In this document: piece after piece, positions 57,031 through 64,000 of the stretch | Numbering within the stretch: the first letter of the stretch is position 1 | How the letters are laid out: each line of letters opens with the position of its first letter | Assembly (NCBI GenBank): GCA_016193335.1 | Contig: JACPSK010000008.1 | Location: 1,589 to 65,588, forward strand | From: Candidatus Magasanikiibacteriota bacterium | Lineage (GTDB): Bacteria; Patescibacteriota; Patescibacteriia; Magasanikbacterales; UBA922 | Direction of reading: 5' to 3' | DNA: 64,000 nt | Notes under the pieces: model-generated | Database searches by the model: none | What the model saw: the letters and a program-made list of their open reading frames with translations, nothing else | Told to the model about the DNA's origin: nothing | Position numbers and translations under genes: made by a program

Positions 57031-57576
57031 TCATTTTTTAAAAGGAATGCCAATGGCTTGGAGCAGAGCCCTTGCTTCTTCTTTATTTTTCGCCGACGTG
57101 CAAATGCTTACCTCGATGCCGTGAAGCAAGTCGTTCGAATCAGCTCCCATTTCTGGAAAGGCGTAGCTCTCTTTGAACCCAATGGTGTAATTTCCGCCTC
57201 TGTCAAAGCTCTCTGGATTTAAACCTCTGAAATCTCTGACGCGCGGCAGGGTGAGATTAATCAATCTATACAAAAATTCATACATGTTTTTCCCTCTGAG
57301 AGTAACCGAAGCGCCGATTTCCATTCCCTGTCTGATTTTAAAATTTGAAATGGATTTCTTGGCTTTGTTGCGGATGGGTTTCTGCCCCGTAATGGCCGCG
57401 ATGGTTCTCTCCACGCCATCTACAACATTTTTATCTTTAGCCTGTCTGCCAAAACCAACATTGAGCACCACTTTTTTTACGCGAGGAACTTGCATGACAT
57501 TTTTATACGAAAATTGACGTTTCAGTTCTGGCTGAACGACTTCTTTGTACATTTTTTGTAGACTGCTCATTCGCAT
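57031..57576 (-). CDS. rplE: 50S ribosomal protein L5
   Basis: [21 protein letters not shown]. Confidence 0.98.
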   Translation of the reverse strand: MRMSSLQKMYKEVVQPELKRQFSYKNVMQVPRVKKVVLNVGFGRQAKDKNVVDGVERTIAAITGQKPIRNKAKKSISNFKIRQGMEIGASVTLRGKNMYEFLYRLINLTLPRVRDFRGLNPESFDRGGNYTIGFKESYAFPEMGADSNDLLHGIEVSICTSAKNKEEARALLQAIGIPFKK

Positions 57577-57584
57577 AGTATGAT

Positions 57585-57902
57585 TTAGTCAATAAATTCA
57601 CCGCTTTTTTTGCTGATTCGTTTTTTATCTTTTCCTTCAATCTTAAAACCAATTCTTGAACTTTTGTGTATCTTTGGGTCTACAAGCATGACATTGCTCA
57701 AATGGAGAGGCGCGGGCAATTCTATAATCTGCCCTTTCTCCTCTCTCTTCCCCCGCATATGTTTCTTGAGCATGTTTATTCCTTCCACCACCGCGTAGTA
57801 TTGATTTCTGTCTTTTCTATAAAGTACCTGAATAACCTTGCCTGTCTTGCCTCGGTCTTTTCCACTGAGTACTTTTACGTTGTCACCTGTTTTTATTTTC
57901 AT
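57585..57902 (-). CDS. rplX: 50S ribosomal protein L24
   Basis: IKTGDNVKVLSGKDRGKTG, PLHLSNV. Confidence 0.97.
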   Translation of the reverse strand: MKIKTGDNVKVLSGKDRGKTGKVIQVLYRKDRNQYYAVVEGINMLKKHMRGKREEKGQIIELPAPLHLSNVMLVDPKIHKSSRIGFKIEGKDKKRISKKSGEFID

Positions 57903-57917
57903 ATCTTTAATTCATGG

Positions 57918-57970
57918 TTCATGATTCTCAGCTCTCCGGCTCATAAACACAGAGAACTGAGAATCATGAA
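57918..57970. repeat. intergenic hairpin between rplN and rplX
   Basis: ttcatgattctcag / ctgagaatcatgaa, perfect 14-bp arms. Confidence 0.85.
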
Positions 57971-57973
57971 AAC

Positions 57974-58345
57974 TTATAAGACCTCCGGCGCCAAGCTTAT
58001 TATTTTTTGGAATCCCTGAATACGCAGTTCGCGGGACACTGGCCCAAAAATACGAGTGCCTTTCATCTCTTTATTTTTTTTATCAATAATCACAGCGGCA
58101 TTTTCATCAAAACGGATATACGAACCATCCTTGCGGCGCAATTCCTTTCTTTGCCGAACAATGACAGCATGCGCTACTTCACCCTTTTTTACCATACCTC
58201 GGGGCGCGGCTTCTTTTACTGAACAAGTAATAATATCGCCAATCCGCGCATAACGCTTTTTATAGCCGCCCAAAACACGAATGCACATCAGTTTTTTTGC
58301 GCCCGTATTGTCAGCCACTTGTAGCATGCTTCTGTGCTGGATCAT
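57974..58345 (-). CDS. rplN: 50S ribosomal protein L14
   Basis: [30 protein letters not shown]. Confidence 0.98.
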   Translation of the reverse strand: MIQHRSMLQVADNTGAKKLMCIRVLGGYKKRYARIGDIITCSVKEAAPRGMVKKGEVAHAVIVRQRKELRRKDGSYIRFDENAAVIIDKKNKEMKGTRIFGPVSRELRIQGFQKIISLAPEVL

Positions 58346-58381
58346 ATATGCTGTATTACATTATTCTTTGATTCACTATTT

Positions 58382-58672
58382 TTAAGCGTTTTTTCCAGCG
58401 ACATTCACCAAACGCCATTTCTTCGTCTTGCTTATAGGTCTACATTCTTCAAAAACAACCTTGTCGCCGGAAACGGCTCTAGCAGATCCGTCGTGGACTC
58501 CATATGTCTTGGTAACCGTATACTGTTTGCGGTACTTGGGATGCATCTTGAGTGTGTTTACCAAAACACGAATCGTTTTAGCGCCTGATTTGTTCAAGAC
58601 CACGCCTTCAAAACGGCGGCGGCCGGATCCGCTTTTATCCTCTGTACTCTTTTGTATATTTTTTTCCGTCAT
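58382..58672 (-). CDS. rpsQ: 30S ribosomal protein S17
   Basis: HPKYRK, GDKV..ECRPISKTKKW. Confidence 0.96.
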   Translation of the reverse strand: MTEKNIQKSTEDKSGSGRRRFEGVVLNKSGAKTIRVLVNTLKMHPKYRKQYTVTKTYGVHDGSARAVSGDKVVFEECRPISKTKKWRLVNVAGKNA

Positions 58673-58683
58673 AAATCAATACA

Positions 58684-58884
58684 TTATTTTCCCCCGGACT
58701 TGGCGGCATGGTTAAGCACGGTTAAAATTTTTGCTATGCTTTTTTTAATTTCAGAAATACTGTGCATACTCTTGAGCTGTCCTTCGCTGGCCTTAAACAC
58801 CAATTCGCGCAAAGACGCTCGCTTTTCGACCAAAAGTTTGTGCAGGTCTGAAATTGATTTTGCGCGTATGTCTTTGATATCCAT
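58684..58884 (-). CDS. rpmC: 50S ribosomal protein L29
   Basis: Operon position; GQLK..I..IKKSIAKILT. Confidence 0.93.
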   Translation of the reverse strand: MDIKDIRAKSISDLHKLLVEKRASLRELVFKASEGQLKSMHSISEIKKSIAKILTVLNHAAKSGGK

Positions 58885-58896
58885 ATCAAAATCAGG

Positions 58897-59310
58897 TTAT
58901 GTCCTTTTTACAAATCTGCCTCTCAAGGGAAGCTTATAAGCGGCGAGCTCAAGCGCCTCTTTGGCATTCGTTTCAGTGATTCCAGACATTTCAAACAACA
59001 CCGTTCCGGGTTTAACCGTAGCCACATAGTGGTCCGGAGCGCCTTTTCCTCCGCCCATGGGTAGTTCATTCCCTTTTTTGGTAATTGGTCTGTCGGGAAA
59101 AATCCTGATCCATATTTTGCCTCCTCTTCGCACATAGCGAGTAAGCACACGACGGGCCGCTTCAATTTGTCGGGAAGTTATCCAGGCATGGGTTTCTGAT
59201 TTCAAACCAAAATTGCCAAAAGAAACCTCGCTCATTCGAGTAGCTACGCCTTTATTGCGGCGTCTCGGCTTATGCCATTTTCTGTGTTTTACTTTTTTTG
59301 GTAATAACAT
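58897..59310 (-). CDS. rplP: 50S ribosomal protein L16
   Basis: MLLPKKVKHRK, QIEAARR, IRIFPD, MGGGKG. Confidence 0.98.
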   Translation of the reverse strand: MLLPKKVKHRKWHKPRRRNKGVATRMSEVSFGNFGLKSETHAWITSRQIEAARRVLTRYVRRGGKIWIRIFPDRPITKKGNELPMGGGKGAPDHYVATVKPGTVLFEMSGITETNAKEALELAAYKLPLRGRFVKRT

Positions 59311-59333
59311 AGCTATGGTTCAAGATACAAGGT

Positions 59334-60032
59334 TTAGCTGGCATGCGAAGCCCGTGATTTTTTGGGAGAATCGTCTATATGCTGCAATTTATCTATCGGT
59401 TCGAAAGACTCCCCATGGTAAACCCATACTTTTACGCCAATAACTCCATATATCGTTTGCGCCCTCTTACAAGCATAATCAACATTGCTCCGCAGGGTGA
59501 TAAGAGGTATTTTTCCAGCAGACAACATTTCTGAGCGCGAAATTTCAACGCCGTTCAAGCGGCCGGACATGCCTATCTTTACCCCTTTTGCGCCGCCCTT
59601 CATTACCTTTTCTATATGCTGTTTGATGACACGACGATAAGGCATGCGATTTTCAGTGTCTTTTACCACACTTTGGGCCGTGATTGAAGCTGAAACAGCA
59701 GGATTTTGAACTTCTTGAATCTGCAATTTTACTTTTTTCGACATGCGCAAAAAAGTTCGCTCTATATGTTTTCTTAAGAAATCCAAACCTTGCCCCCCGC
59801 GTCCGATAATTACACCGGGTTTGCCGGCAAAAACGGTTATACTCAAATTCTGAGCGTTGCGTTCAATAAATATGGAATCAATATGAGCGTCTTTAAATGT
59901 ATTTTCCAAATATTCACGTATCTTGATATCCTGTTCAAGCCGACTTGCATAATCTTTAACAGCAACCCATCGTGAAGTCCAGGGTAATAAGATGGGCGAT
60001 CGGTGAATTGTTGGATGTACTTTTCTTCCCAT
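59334..60032 (-). CDS. rpsC: 30S ribosomal protein S3
   Basis: MGRKVHP, KPGVIIGRGG, GRLNG, YGVIGVKVW. Confidence 0.98.
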   Translation of the reverse strand: MGRKVHPTIHRSPILLPWTSRWVAVKDYASRLEQDIKIREYLENTFKDAHIDSIFIERNAQNLSITVFAGKPGVIIGRGGQGLDFLRKHIERTFLRMSKKVKLQIQEVQNPAVSASITAQSVVKDTENRMPYRRVIKQHIEKVMKGGAKGVKIGMSGRLNGVEISRSEMLSAGKIPLITLRSNVDYACKRAQTIYGVIGVKVWVYHGESFEPIDKLQHIDDSPKKSRASHAS

Positions 60033-60037
60033 ACTAA

Positions 60038-60550
60038 TTAGCTATTCTCTGTTTTTTTAAGTTTGGCCGCTGCGGAAGCGCGTCTTGTAGTTTTTGTTTC
60101 CGCGCTTGTCTGTTCACTGTCTCTCTTACTTTCAGTGGTCAGAGCTTCTTCTTTTTCATTCTCATCTTCGCTTTTACGCGATTTTTTTTGAGTATGTTTT
60201 TTTGTATCGTCCACCAGTCCCGAGAGAACCAAAGTAATGTGGGAAGTTCGTTTGCGTATGGGGGTCGCGCGCCCCATGGCTCTCGGCGTCCAGCGGTGTA
60301 AAGTGCGGCCGCCATCTACAAAGGCTTTTTCTATTTTGAGAGAATCACGCTTGAGATAATGATTGGTAAGAGCGTTTGCTATGGCAGACTCGAGCAATTT
60401 ACGAAGCGGCTTCGCCGCGTCTTTTTTTGAAACGCGAAGCTGAGACAAAGCATCATCAACATTCATGGCGCGTATAACATCAACCAAAAGCCGTACCTTT
60501 CTGGGGCTTATGCGCAAGTCTTTGAGTTGTGCTTGTGCTTGTTCTTTCAT
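60038..60550 (-). CDS. rplV: 50S ribosomal protein L22, with C-terminal extension
   Basis: RISPRKVRL, SAIANA, PRAMGRA, TSHIT. Confidence 0.97.
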   Translation of the reverse strand: MKEQAQAQLKDLRISPRKVRLLVDVIRAMNVDDALSQLRVSKKDAAKPLRKLLESAIANALTNHYLKRDSLKIEKAFVDGGRTLHRWTPRAMGRATPIRKRTSHITLVLSGLVDDTKKHTQKKSRKSEDENEKEEALTTESKRDSEQTSAETKTTRRASAAAKLKKTENS

Positions 60551-60603
60551 ACCATGTCTGTTTGCCGCTTAAACGGCCATCTGTAGGATTGATCAAAATA
60601 AAT

Positions 60604-60909
60604 TTAAGATTTTTTCTCAGGTGCCGGTGGTTTATCTTGGGCCTTGGCCATTTTCCCTCCATGACCTTTGAAAAAGCGGGTCGGAGAAAATTCACCGAGT
60701 TTGTGGCCTACCATATTTTCATCAACCAAGACATCCAGGAAATGTTTACCATTATGGACAGAAAAAGTCAAACCAACCATGTCTGGAGTAATGGTACTGG
60801 CCCTGGCCCATGTTTTTATAGGTTTATGGTCTTTGGTTTGCCTTGCCCGCTGAACTTTTTTCATCAGCTTTTCATCAAGGTAAGGGCCTTTTTTTAAACT
60901 TCTCGACAT
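60604..60909 (-). CDS. rpsS: 30S ribosomal protein S19
   Basis: [25 protein letters not shown]. Confidence 0.98.
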   Translation of the reverse strand: MSRSLKKGPYLDEKLMKKVQRARQTKDHKPIKTWARASTITPDMVGLTFSVHNGKHFLDVLVDENMVGHKLGEFSPTRFFKGHGGKMAKAQDKPPAPEKKS

Positions 60910-60953
60910 ATAGAGTATTTGATTGTTGACACAATTGAAAGTAAACCTGTCTG

Positions 60954-61796
60954 TTATTTCTTGACGTTACGTCGTCTCAGAATTAATGAACTGTTTGGTT
61001 TTCCTTTTTTACGAGTCTTCACGCCCAGAGCTTTCTTGCCCCAAGGTGTTTTGGGACCGCCTTTCAAACCAATGGGGTTCCGTCCTTCTCCTCCACCGTG
61101 GGGGTGATCTACCGGATTCATAACTTTACCACGCACCGTGGGCCTCCAGCCTTTCAAACGCATTCGGCCGGCTTTCCCGAGACGAACGAGCTTGTGATCA
61201 CTATTACCCACTTGGCCCACACTTGCTCTGCATTGTTTGAGAAGCATGCGCACTTCGCCAGAAGGGAGTTTGAGCTGAACAAAATTTCCCTCAATAGTCT
61301 GCAATTGAGCAGCCGCCCCGGCCGCGCGAACAATACTGCCGCCCTTTCCTGGTTCGTTTTCTATGTTATAGACGAACATACCGACGGGAATATGCTCTAA
61401 GGGCATGCGAGCGCCGAGACTTGCTTCGATTTTTGCCTGTGAACTGAGCACACTCATGCCCGGCTCCATTCCTTTTGCAGCCAAGACATAAGATTTTTCG
61501 GAGTCTGCATATTCAATGAGAGCGATATTCGGCCCTCGATTTGGATCATACTCTATAGCTATAACTTTTGCCGGCATGTCCAGCTTTGTTTGGTTGAAAT
61601 CAACCATTCGATACATGCGTTTGGCGCCGCCGCCTCTGTGACGAATAGTAATCTTGCCCGAATTGTTTCGCCCGGCTTTTCTAACCAAAGGCCGAAGCAA
61701 ATGCTTTTCAGGTGATTTTTTGGTAAGTTCAGAAAAATCAAGCACACTTGCTTTCCGTCTTCCTGCCGTATTTGGTCTGTATATTTTCACTGGCAT
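60954..61796 (-). CDS. rplB: 50S ribosomal protein L2
   Basis: [35 protein letters not shown]. Confidence 0.98.
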   Translation of the reverse strand: MPVKIYRPNTAGRRKASVLDFSELTKKSPEKHLLRPLVRKAGRNNSGKITIRHRGGGAKRMYRMVDFNQTKLDMPAKVIAIEYDPNRGPNIALIEYADSEKSYVLAAKGMEPGMSVLSSQAKIEASLGARMPLEHIPVGMFVYNIENEPGKGGSIVRAAGAAAQLQTIEGNFVQLKLPSGEVRMLLKQCRASVGQVGNSDHKLVRLGKAGRMRLKGWRPTVRGKVMNPVDHPHGGGEGRNPIGLKGGPKTPWGKKALGVKTRKKGKPNSSLILRRRNVKK

Positions 61797-61814
61797 ATTC
61801 TGTATATATTACTT

Positions 61815-62303
61815 TCAAACGCCCTCATGAATACTGATGGATGCTCCCTTTGGGAGAGTGACAAGAGCTTTTTTCCAATCTGAACGTTTGCCATGATTTC
61901 CGCTGAACCTCATGCGCTTTCCTTCAAGTGTCACAGTCCTTACCATAACGGGGACAACCCCATAAACGGCTTTTACTGCATTTTTTATCTCCATTTTGCT
62001 GGCTTTTCTTGCTACTTTAAAAGTGTATACTCCTGTCCTTTCGGCGTCAGTCGCCTTCTCGCTCACCAAAGGACTTATCAGAATACCATGCTTCGCGCGG
62101 CCCTGAGACTTGGTATCCGAGGAATCTATTTTCTCCTGAACTTTTTGAGTGCCCACCGAGTCTGTATTGCCAGACTCTGAAACGTTTTTTCTGACAGCCG
62201 TGTTTTGTGCACTGGACCCTTTGGAAGATTTCTTTGCGCCAGAAAGACGCTCCTCTAAATCAGGATTCCTTTTTGTTTTTTTAAATCTGTCTAGAATACC
62301 CAT
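61815..62303 (-). CDS. rplW: 50S ribosomal protein L23, with N-terminal extension
   Basis: PLVSEKA, YTFKV, K.EIKNAV, WKKALVTL in the C-terminal ~90 aa. Confidence 0.95.
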   Translation of the reverse strand: MGILDRFKKTKRNPDLEERLSGAKKSSKGSSAQNTAVRKNVSESGNTDSVGTQKVQEKIDSSDTKSQGRAKHGILISPLVSEKATDAERTGVYTFKVARKASKMEIKNAVKAVYGVVPVMVRTVTLEGKRMRFSGNHGKRSDWKKALVTLPKGASISIHEGV

Positions 62304-62304
62304 A

Positions 62305-62934
62305 TTATTTCAACAAACGCTTTTCCAAAACATCCAAAGCGCTTTTGTTTATGATTACAAACTGATGATCCAATAGATCCATTACATTCACGTCCATGGC
62401 ACGTTTTATATCCAATTTGGACACATTGGAAACTCCACGCTCGAGCATATCGGCGGAACGGTCCGAAAGCAGGAGGGTGGTCTTGCCATATCCCGGCATT
62501 TTTTTTCTAAAACGAGCGTAAGTTTTGGTTTTGCCATCATCGGCGAACTGATCCACCACCAATAAAGCCTCTCTTTTAATTTTATCTGATAAACACATTT
62601 TTACGGCTCGGAGGCTCATCTTTTTATTGATCTTTTGTTTATAATTCCTAAGATTAAGCGGCCCAAATGTTATTCCTCCACCTCTCCAAATGGGAGAACG
62701 AATCGAACCATGACGGGCTCTTCCGGTGCCTTTTTGTTTCCACGGTTTTTTGCCGCCTCCGCTGACTTGGCTTCTATCCTTGCTATGAGCCCAAGCCTCC
62801 CGATCGTTCGCTCGAAGAGCCACATAAACTTGATGGACCAAAACCTGATTCGGTTCAACCGCAAATATGGCGTCGTTCAGTTCGATTTTGCCTGTGTCTT
62901 CACCGGCTGAATTGTAGAGGGTGGCTATTGCCAT
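62305..62934 (-). CDS. rplD: 50S ribosomal protein L4
   Basis: VSGGGKKPWKQKGTGRARHGS. Confidence 0.98.
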   Translation of the reverse strand: MAIATLYNSAGEDTGKIELNDAIFAVEPNQVLVHQVYVALRANDREAWAHSKDRSQVSGGGKKPWKQKGTGRARHGSIRSPIWRGGGITFGPLNLRNYKQKINKKMSLRAVKMCLSDKIKREALLVVDQFADDGKTKTYARFRKKMPGYGKTTLLLSDRSADMLERGVSNVSKLDIKRAMDVNVMDLLDHQFVIINKSALDVLEKRLLK

Positions 62935-62940
62935 ATGTGA

Positions 62941-63780
62941 TTAGGATTCTTTTCCTTTATCAGCAGTCGCATTCTCTATTTTTTTATCTGTATTATCTTC
63001 AAGAGCCTCTGCATCAGGGCCTTGAACCGATTCTTTTTCAGAATCAAGCATCTGAGGAGACTCTGGAAGATCCGCTGTTGAAACCGCGGCCTGCTCTGCC
63101 TGAGCGATTGAAGGGGATTCCGCGGATTCGACTTGGATGGAACCTGCTTCAGAAGAAATAAGGATCAAAGTATTCCGAGCGCCGGGGATCGCGCCTTTTA
63201 TAAACAATTCATGGTTTTCAGGATGCACTTCAACAACTTCAAGGTTTTTTACGGTTACTTGCTCAGAACCCATATGACCGCCCATTCTTACTCCCTTAAA
63301 CACGCGGCCCACACCGCCGGCACCTATGGAACCAGACATTCGTAACTGATCTTTGTGTCCATGAGTAGCAGGAGAACCATGGAAACCATGTCTTTTAACT
63401 ACTCCCTGGAAACCCTTGCCTTTTGATTTTCCCTGGACTTCGACTTTTTCACCGGGAGCAAATATTTTTACCGTAAACATATCTCCCCTTTTCAACCCAT
63501 GCTGCTCTACGACAGCATCCACCCGAAAATCTCTCATATAACGGAGAGAATTGCCTTCTTTGTCGTCAAGATCTTTTAGATGGCCCTGCTGTGCTTTGTT
63601 TATTCTGAATTTTTTTTGAGAGCCAAAACCAACTTGCACGCTGTCAACGCCATCCCTATCCTGTGTTTTTATTTGAGTAACAACGCAAGGTCCGGCCTGA
63701 ACACGGGTAACAGGAACAATGGTCCCGTCTTCACGGAACACTTGGGTCATACCGAGTTTTTTTCCGACAATAAATTTCAT
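62941..63780 (-). CDS. rplC: 50S ribosomal protein L3, with acidic C-terminal extension
   Basis: GKKLGMTQVF, SKGKGFQGVVKRHGF, RMGGHMG, KGAIPG. Confidence 0.98.
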   Translation of the reverse strand: MKFIVGKKLGMTQVFREDGTIVPVTRVQAGPCVVTQIKTQDRDGVDSVQVGFGSQKKFRINKAQQGHLKDLDDKEGNSLRYMRDFRVDAVVEQHGLKRGDMFTVKIFAPGEKVEVQGKSKGKGFQGVVKRHGFHGSPATHGHKDQLRMSGSIGAGGVGRVFKGVRMGGHMGSEQVTVKNLEVVEVHPENHELFIKGAIPGARNTLILISSEAGSIQVESAESPSIAQAEQAAVSTADLPESPQMLDSEKESVQGPDAEALEDNTDKKIENATADKGKES

Positions 63781-63843
63781 ACCTTATACCCTTCAAATCC
63801 TTGAAGAGCGTGAACTCTCGCGAGGATTCAGTGATATAAAAAA

Positions 63844-63973
63844 CTAGAAGGAATCTTGCAGAATTGATTCTCAAAATAAACCGAGATAAAGAACCAAGAA
63901 CAGCTTCCATTTATCTTCGGCACCGGAGTGTACGGTTTCCTCGATGAGAATTTTTCTACACTTTTCCTTCTAG
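63844..63973 (-). ncRNA. candidate rod-shaped structured RNA upstream of rplC
   Basis: Nested complementary segments ctagaaggaa/ttccttctag, tgtagaa/ttctgca, attctca/tgagaat, gataaa/tttatc, followed by a T run. Confidence 0.4.
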
Positions 63974-64000
63974 CCTTTTACAAGTTGGAAAAAAAAACAG

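Overview
This is a 64-kb chromosomal segment of a Patescibacteria (CPR, Parcubacteria-like) bacterium. The assignment is inferred from four things: rpmD/L30 is missing from the spc operon, most starts are AT-rich and lack a Shine-Dalgarno (SD) sequence, a PrgI/VirB4/giant-VirB6 cluster is present, and TGA acts as a stop (code 11). Most of the window is housekeeping: tsaD (partial), prs, dnaE, pheST, rseP, lemA-htpX, khpA-rpsP, smc, nrnA, clpP, asnS, recO, ruvX, map, adk, secY, the S10/spc ribosomal protein block and two tRNA-Ser genes. Five things stand out. (1) A chromosomal T4SS-like operon without relaxase or integrase (1739-aa VirB6-like gene, two unknowns, prgI, split virB4, virB8-like gene) runs into comF. 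(2) A GC-rich unit with a divergent aspartokinase sits upstream of lysA-dapF and is preceded by what looks like a Lys-codon leader-peptide attenuator and an unknown 94-aa gene. (3) An archaeal-type PEP carboxylase is co-located with queF. (4) A promoter-to-terminator unit of about 430 nt has internal repeats and no convincing gene. (5) There are several structured non-coding elements: a 185-bp tRNA-linked repeat, a 163-bp MITE-like element, a 29-bp perfect palindrome, and candidate leaders of rpsP, rplC and asnS. All calls come from motif recognition by eye; no database search or folding program was run.
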